Positions 59,480 to 64,000 of a stretch of 64,000 nucleotides of DNA are shown here, in pieces. Made by a program: the position numbers and the translations under genes. The DNA lies in contig JANPJD010000064.1 in assembly GCA_031425325.1 (NCBI GenBank), positions 15,940-79,939 on the forward strand, given 5' to 3'. The notes beneath the pieces were generated by a model. It had not been told where the DNA came from. It did not search any database and was given only the letters and a program-made list of their open reading frames with translations. The stretch comes from Rhodobacterales bacterium (GTDB taxonomy: Bacteria > Pseudomonadota > Alphaproteobacteria > Rhodobacterales > Rhodobacteraceae). The first letter of the stretch is position 1; each line of letters starts with the position of its first letter.

Positions 59480-59630
59480 AACCGGCCTTCTGTCAAGCGA
59501 GACGAGCACAAAGGCAACAACCCAACGGAACGTGTCCGCTTGGCGATCAAGGCCTAAATCCGCCCGGCTTGTAAGTGTAGAATCGTCGTAACGCGCAACA
59601 CGCCATTTGGTTCCGGGCAAAGGGGAAAAA

Positions 59631-60566
59631 ATGCGGCTTCTTGTGACCTCTGACCAATTTCCAATGTTTAATCCTGCCTCGCTTGATGACGTTAAGGACC
59701 CCTGCCCGGTCCACGATGGCCATCAGTGGCACCTGTTCGGGTCCGGCGGCACCGTCACATCGGAAACCTGGAAGATATTCCATGCGACTGCGGATCAGCT
59801 TGCGGGCCCTTGGACGCAGCACCCGCTGATCGACCTCGGAATCGAGGGCGAGGGGGTCGCGGCACCGGGTGTCCTCTATGAGGACGGACTGTTCCACATG
59901 TTCATCCAGACCGAGTTCATGCGGCCGGGTGGTAAATGCGTGCACCTGTCGTCGGTGGATGGCTTCGACTGGGTTTTCGAGGATTTTGCGCTTTTCGCGA
60001 TCGACGGGACGGCTGAGCACGGACTCTACGACCCTCATCCAGCCATAGTCGGGGGACAGCGCTATCTCGTCTATTCCGGGATGCCCCGCTTCGTGGGCGC
60101 GCCTCAGCCCGACGTCTACCTCGCGCGCAGCACGACGAACACTTGGGCCGGCCCGTGGGACAGAATTGGCAAGATCGTCGACCACGATGACCTGCCGCAC
60201 CACAATCCGCGTGACCATGCGGACTACGAATGGGGGATCGAAGGGCCGCAGATCGTCGAGTTGCCGGACGGGCGCGTGCTGCTCAATGCGACCTGCTTCC
60301 TTCCCTCGGGCACGCGCGGCACCCGACAGCGCGTCTTCCTTGCCGTGTCCGACGCCATCACGGGTCCGTATCGCAGCCTCGGCCCCATCCTCGACCCGGC
60401 GGAACCGGGCGAGAACGGACATTCGACCGTCTTTCTGTCGGGCCGCGACCTGACCGTCTGCTACCAGAGCCGAGTTGCATCCACCGGTCACAGGTGGCGC
60501 TATGGGGTAATGACCGCCCGCCTCGAGCTGGAGGAAGAGACCCTCTTAATGACAGCGGCGGAATGA
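59631..60566 (+). CDS. Five-bladed beta-propeller glycoside-hydrolase-like protein (GH43/32/68 superfamily-like)
   Basis: VKDPCPV (Asp motif), GLYDPHP, EWGIEGPQIVELPDGR (Glu motif). The 5' end is noticeably AT-richer than the surrounding genes. Confidence 0.5.
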   Translation: MRLLVTSDQFPMFNPASLDDVKDPCPVHDGHQWHLFGSGGTVTSETWKIFHATADQLAGPWTQHPLIDLGIEGEGVAAPGVLYEDGLFHMFIQTEFMRPGGKCVHLSSVDGFDWVFEDFALFAIDGTAEHGLYDPHPAIVGGQRYLVYSGMPRFVGAPQPDVYLARSTTNTWAGPWDRIGKIVDHDDLPHHNPRDHADYEWGIEGPQIVELPDGRVLLNATCFLPSGTRGTRQRVFLAVSDAITGPYRSLGPILDPAEPGENGHSTVFLSGRDLTVCYQSRVASTGHRWRYGVMTARLELEEETLLMTAAE

Positions 60567-60658
60567 CAAACGGCTTCGCAGGACACAATCGCGCTGCGAA
60601 GTGGCATCTCGATGTCAAGGCCAGGCCACGACCTCTAGCGCGCTTTCGCGCGGGCAAG

Positions 60659-60734
60659 TGGTGCCGCTGAAGGGACTCGAACCCCCGACCCCATCATTAC
60701 GAATGACGTGCTCTACCAGCTGAGCTACAGCGGC
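60659..60734 (-). tRNA. tRNA-Thr (anticodon CGU)
   Basis: Reverse complement: GCCGCTGTAGCTCAGCTGGTAGAGCACGTCATTCGTAATGATGGGGTCGGGGGTTCGAGTCCCTTCAGCGGCACCA. It has a 7-bp acceptor stem, anticodon loop TTCGTAA, a TTCGAGT T-loop and an encoded CCA. Confidence 0.9.
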
Positions 60735-60782
60735 GTGGTGGCGGGTCTTTAGCAACCTTTTCCGGGGGTGTGTAGCCCCTTT

Positions 60783-62213
60783 TCAGTCTCCGTCCAGGCG
60801 GCGGTCAGACAGCGGCGGGTCCACCCCGTCGGGCTTCGCTTTCCCGCCGAGGAGGGGGAGAAGCTCGCTCTGGGTGGCGCTGGGTCCGGCCTCTTCGACC
60901 GGTTCGCGCCAGGTCAGGGTGTCGAACCCGCCGCAGTTGGAACAGATGGGTGCCCAGCTTGCATGGATGCTGTGGCAGGTATCGCAGACCCATTGCGGGC
61001 CGCGAGGTGCGGTCAGCGTGCGGGCAAGCCAGCCCCGCACGACCGCATCGTCTGCCCCTTCGCCCCGCTCGACCGCCGCCATGATCGCCAGGCTGCGCCG
61101 CGTCGGATGCCGGGTTGCCAAATCGCCGAGCGCGCGGCGCGCGGCCGGGAAATCCTCGGCCGACAGGTTCAATTCGGCCAGCAGCATCCGCGTCTCGTCA
61201 TGGCCGGGGCTCACCCCGGTCAGCGTGCGGAACCGCTTTAGCCGCTCGACCGGCGTCTCGTCCGGGACAATCTCGGCGAAGGCGGCGGCCAGATCGGGAT
61301 GGGGGCTGACTTCCCATGCCTTTTTCAGGACGCGGGTGGCATTGCGCGTGTCGCCATTGGCGATGTACGCCCGCGCCGCCATCGCCGCCGCGGGCACAAG
61401 GTCGGGCGACAGGCGATGCGCCTCGATCGCCGCCTCGCGCGCGGCAATGTCGGTGCCGTCCTCGATGATCCCCTTGGCCTGCTGCAAGGCCAGTACGGCA
61501 TCGCGCCGCCGGTGCAGGTCACGCGGGATGTTCCCCGAGCGCAGCTTTGCGGCCAACGTGCTGCGCGCGCCCGCCCAGTCAGAGTTCTCGGCCTGAAGGT
61601 CGAGCAGAAGGTCCTGGGTTTCGCGGTGCGAGGGTTTGAGCGCGAATGCCTTTTCGGTCAGGCGCAAGGCCGTCTCACGGTCACCGTCGGCAAGCGTCTG
61701 GCTGATCAGCCCCCGGATACCCACGAAGCGCGACGTCGGATCGGCCAGAAGTGCCTTGTACGCGGCGGTCGCCTTGCGGCTGTCTCCGGCCGCCTGTGCC
61801 GCCTGCGCGGCGAGGATGTTCGTCAGTTCCGGCCGCCTGAGGTAACGTTCGGCCCGTGTCGCCCGCGACAGCGCCACCTTCGGTTCGCCCGAGGCAAGAG
61901 CGATCATGCCCTCGGCGAAGGCTTGGTATCCCTTCTTCTCGCGGTTGCGGTCGAAGTATCGCGAGATCGCCGTCTCGTCGCCGGTGATGAACCGGATTAC
62001 CGCCACGAGAAGGCCGATCAGCCGCAACCCAAGCCAGAGAAGCGCGACGACGAGCATCCCGACGATCACGGCCTGCAAAGGCCCAAGCGTGAACTCGTAT
62101 CCCCCCGCGGTGATGCGAAAGCCCTCGCCGGTTTCCAGAAGGACAGCCGCGCCCAGCGCGAGTACCGCCACGAGCCCAACGAACAGCAGGACCTTGAAAA
62201 GCGACCAAAGCAT
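60783..62213 (-). CDS. HemY_N/TPR inner-membrane protein (HemY-like) with a C-terminal Cys4 zinc-ribbon-like tail
   Basis: MLWSLFKVLLFVGLVAVLALGAAV..., a second TM, ISRYFDRNREKKGYQAF, TPR-like repeats, and C-terminal WVCDTCHSIHASWAPICSNCGGF. Confidence 0.8.
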   Translation of the reverse strand: MLWSLFKVLLFVGLVAVLALGAAVLLETGEGFRITAGGYEFTLGPLQAVIVGMLVVALLWLGLRLIGLLVAVIRFITGDETAISRYFDRNREKKGYQAFAEGMIALASGEPKVALSRATRAERYLRRPELTNILAAQAAQAAGDSRKATAAYKALLADPTSRFVGIRGLISQTLADGDRETALRLTEKAFALKPSHRETQDLLLDLQAENSDWAGARSTLAAKLRSGNIPRDLHRRRDAVLALQQAKGIIEDGTDIAAREAAIEAHRLSPDLVPAAAMAARAYIANGDTRNATRVLKKAWEVSPHPDLAAAFAEIVPDETPVERLKRFRTLTGVSPGHDETRMLLAELNLSAEDFPAARRALGDLATRHPTRRSLAIMAAVERGEGADDAVVRGWLARTLTAPRGPQWVCDTCHSIHASWAPICSNCGGFDTLTWREPVEEAGPSATQSELLPLLGGKAKPDGVDPPLSDRRLDGD

Positions 62214-62218
62214 CGCGG

Positions 62219-63334
62219 CTACTCCCGACCGAGGTCGGAGAGGATGGCAGACAGGGCCGCATCGGCAGCCGCGCGCCGTCGCGCTTCGGCCAACCACTCG
62301 GCAAGCGGGGCCTTGGCCGAGTCCGGCAGGGCGTCGAGTTCGCCAAGAGCGTCCGTCAGGTTGCCAGCCGCGACCGCCGCATTGGCGCGGGACAGGATGG
62401 CGTCGGGATCATCTCCCGCGCGCGGCTCGACCAGCCGGGCGCCGGTCTGGGTGCGAAGGAAGGTCAGCGTCCGATCCGCCCAGCCCGTCCCAACATCGGC
62501 GCGCAAGGCGGCGTCCAGCGCATCGCGCGCGAGGTCGGGGAAACGGTCCTGAAGCGAGCCAAGCCGTTCGATTCCGGTCTCGGAAGCCTCAGTCAGGGCA
62601 GGCGGAACCGTCAGCCCTATCGCCTCGATCTCGGTCAGCACCGGCCCGAGCGGCTCGCCCGTGTCGAGCGCGGATTGCAGGCGGCCCAGCGCCAAGCCGA
62701 GGGTAGCTTCACCTGCGGTCGAAGCCATCTCCGAGCGCAGAGTGTCCAACTCTTGTGTCATGGCAGCCAGCCGGGTTTCAGCCTCGGCGATCACCTCATC
62801 CAGGCGGGCAGCCGCCTGCACCGCAGATCCTTCCTCCACCTCGCCGCGCAAGGCGGCAATCTCCTGGCGAACGCCGTCGAGGTCACCTTGGCCGGCGGAC
62901 GGGCCCGGCGCACCTGCGGGCCTGTCCTCCAGCGCAGCGATCCTCGCCTCGAGCGAGGAAAGCGCCGCGTCGAGGTCGATACCATCGTCCCGCTCGGCCA
63001 GGCGGGCCTCGATATCCGACCGCAGCGCTTCGATTTCGACGGCGGCATCGGGGACGGGCCGCGACGAAAGCTCGGCCACCGTCGCCTCGAGGTCAGCGAT
63101 CCGTGCGGCCGTTGCAGTGACATCGGCCCTCAGATCGGTGGTCTGCGCCGTCGGCCAACCTTCGGGCACAAGCCGGGAAAGCCCGAAGCCCGCACCCGCA
63201 GCAAGGATGCCGCCGAGCAGAAGCGCGACGAAGCCGCCTTTCCGTCTGGGGGGAACTGTCCGGGCATGCTCATCGGCCTCGATCACAAGGGGCGGTTCGA
63301 CAGCCGGATCGCGGTAGGTTTCCTCGTTGGTCAT
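62219..63334 (-). CDS. Mitofilin/Mic60-like inner-membrane protein (alphaproteobacterial Mic60 homologue; HemX-position gene)
   Basis: N-terminal TM GGFVALLLGGILAAGAGFGL, a long coiled coil, and a C-terminal mitofilin-like block PDAILSRANAAVAAGNLTDALGELDALPDSAKAPLAEWLAEARRR. Flanked by hemD and the hemY-like gene. Confidence 0.7.
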   Translation of the reverse strand: MTNEETYRDPAVEPPLVIEADEHARTVPPRRKGGFVALLLGGILAAGAGFGLSRLVPEGWPTAQTTDLRADVTATAARIADLEATVAELSSRPVPDAAVEIEALRSDIEARLAERDDGIDLDAALSSLEARIAALEDRPAGAPGPSAGQGDLDGVRQEIAALRGEVEEGSAVQAAARLDEVIAEAETRLAAMTQELDTLRSEMASTAGEATLGLALGRLQSALDTGEPLGPVLTEIEAIGLTVPPALTEASETGIERLGSLQDRFPDLARDALDAALRADVGTGWADRTLTFLRTQTGARLVEPRAGDDPDAILSRANAAVAAGNLTDALGELDALPDSAKAPLAEWLAEARRRAAADAALSAILSDLGRE

Positions 63335-63390
63335 TCTCGCCTCCGCCCCGATCTGGACTCATTGATCTTATGCCGCCGTGACCTCCGGCT

Positions 63391-64000
63391 TCAAGGCGAT
63401 CCCGCCCTGCCGAGCAGGCTGCCCACCGCGTCGAGCATCGCCGCCTCGTCCGGCCGCGCGGCAACGGCAAGCATCTCCGGCCCAAGGCCAGAGGCTGCCA
63501 AGGCAACCGCTTCGCTTAAGGCAGCAACGTGCAGAGGCGCCAAGCGTTCCCCGAACGCCTCGGCCGCAAGCCGGGCGCTGCGCGGCGAGAACAGCGGGAG
63601 CAGCACCGGCGCGTGACCCTTCATCGCCAAAGTAGCCTCGGCGGTGGGACGGGCCGGGACCTGCTCGTAGACGACCGCCTCCAGCACATCGACCCCAGCC
63701 TCGTGCAGACATTGCCGAAGCGGGCCAGCCACGTCCGCGCCCCGCGCATGAAGAAGCGGCCCGCGCTCGCCCGACTTCAGGATCAGGGTCACGAGCGCGG
63801 CCGCATCGCCGCCCGCCGATCTGACTGCGAATCCTTCGGCCGCCGCAATCTGCGCCGTCCGGTCGCCGACACACCAGGCGGGGACCGACCGATCAGCGCT
63901 GAGCCGCGTATAGCCGAGGACTGCCGTCTCCGAGGTGAAGATCAGCCCCGCCAACTGCCCGCCGGGCAGCATCGGCGTCAACAGGCGCGTCTCCATCAAA
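63391..64000 (-). CDS. hemD: Uroporphyrinogen-III synthase, partial (the 5' end probably lies beyond the right window edge)
   Basis: GLIFTSETAV...LHARGADVAGPL...EAVVYEQVPA...LLPLFSPRSARL. The ORF is still open at the window edge. Confidence 0.75.
   Translation of the reverse strand, partial: LMETRLLTPMLPGGQLAGLIFTSETAVLGYTRLSADRSVPAWCVGDRTAQIAAAEGFAVRSAGGDAAALVTLILKSGERGPLLHARGADVAGPLRQCLHEAGVDVLEAVVYEQVPARPTAEATLAMKGHAPVLLPLFSPRSARLAAEAFGERLAPLHVAALSEAVALAASGLGPEMLAVAARPDEAAMLDAVGSLLGRAGSP

Noticed and set aside
60567-60782. tRNA-Thr as an integration site of a genomic island
   Set aside because: There is no integrase or recombinase gene and no direct repeat of the tRNA 3' half detectable in the window. 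It is kept only as a weak hypothesis in the findings.

Overview
High-GC (roughly two-thirds G+C by eye) alphaproteobacterial chromosomal segment. Protein sequences and gene order look Rhodobacterales/Paracoccaceae-like, but no database search was possible. All functional calls rest on motifs I recognise in the supplied translations and on hand-checked start/stop context. The window is densely coding: about 66 CDS, one tRNA-Thr(CGU), and no rRNA, CRISPR array, transposase, integrase or recognisable defence system. Left third (1-21 kb) is housekeeping: a partial Slt-like transglycosylase, dapA, smpB, sseA, an aminotransferase, glnK-amtB, a class A PBP, mlaA-mlaC, nudC, pheA and a membrane-anchored cytochrome c. 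Middle (21-36 kb): yejABEF with a translationally coupled GT4 glycosyltransferase, a DD-carboxypeptidase with a SPOR domain, clpS, and the heme genes hemF, hemE and hemC. 36.3-55.7 kb is a 19.4-kb alphaproteobacterial-type flagellar block in three operons: fliL..motA..flhA-fliR-flhB, fliF-fliH-like-fliN-fliP, and motB-flgE-flgK-flgL-flgI. It contains five poorly characterised genes. Right end: nagK-like/nagA, a dioxygenase/esterase pair, a GH43-like gene, tRNA-Thr, then hemY-like, a Mic60/mitofilin-like gene and partial hemD. Most worth a second look: (1) a 727-aa periplasmic AMIN-like plus helical-repeat protein overlapping the motA stop; (2) a 765-bp non-coding spacer between fliP and flgI; (3) two CtrA-box-like motifs in flagellar promoter regions; (4) the alphaproteobacterial Mic60 homologue in its heme-gene context. 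I found no convincing evidence for a wholly new system, and the many long antisense ORFs in the track are high-GC artefacts.
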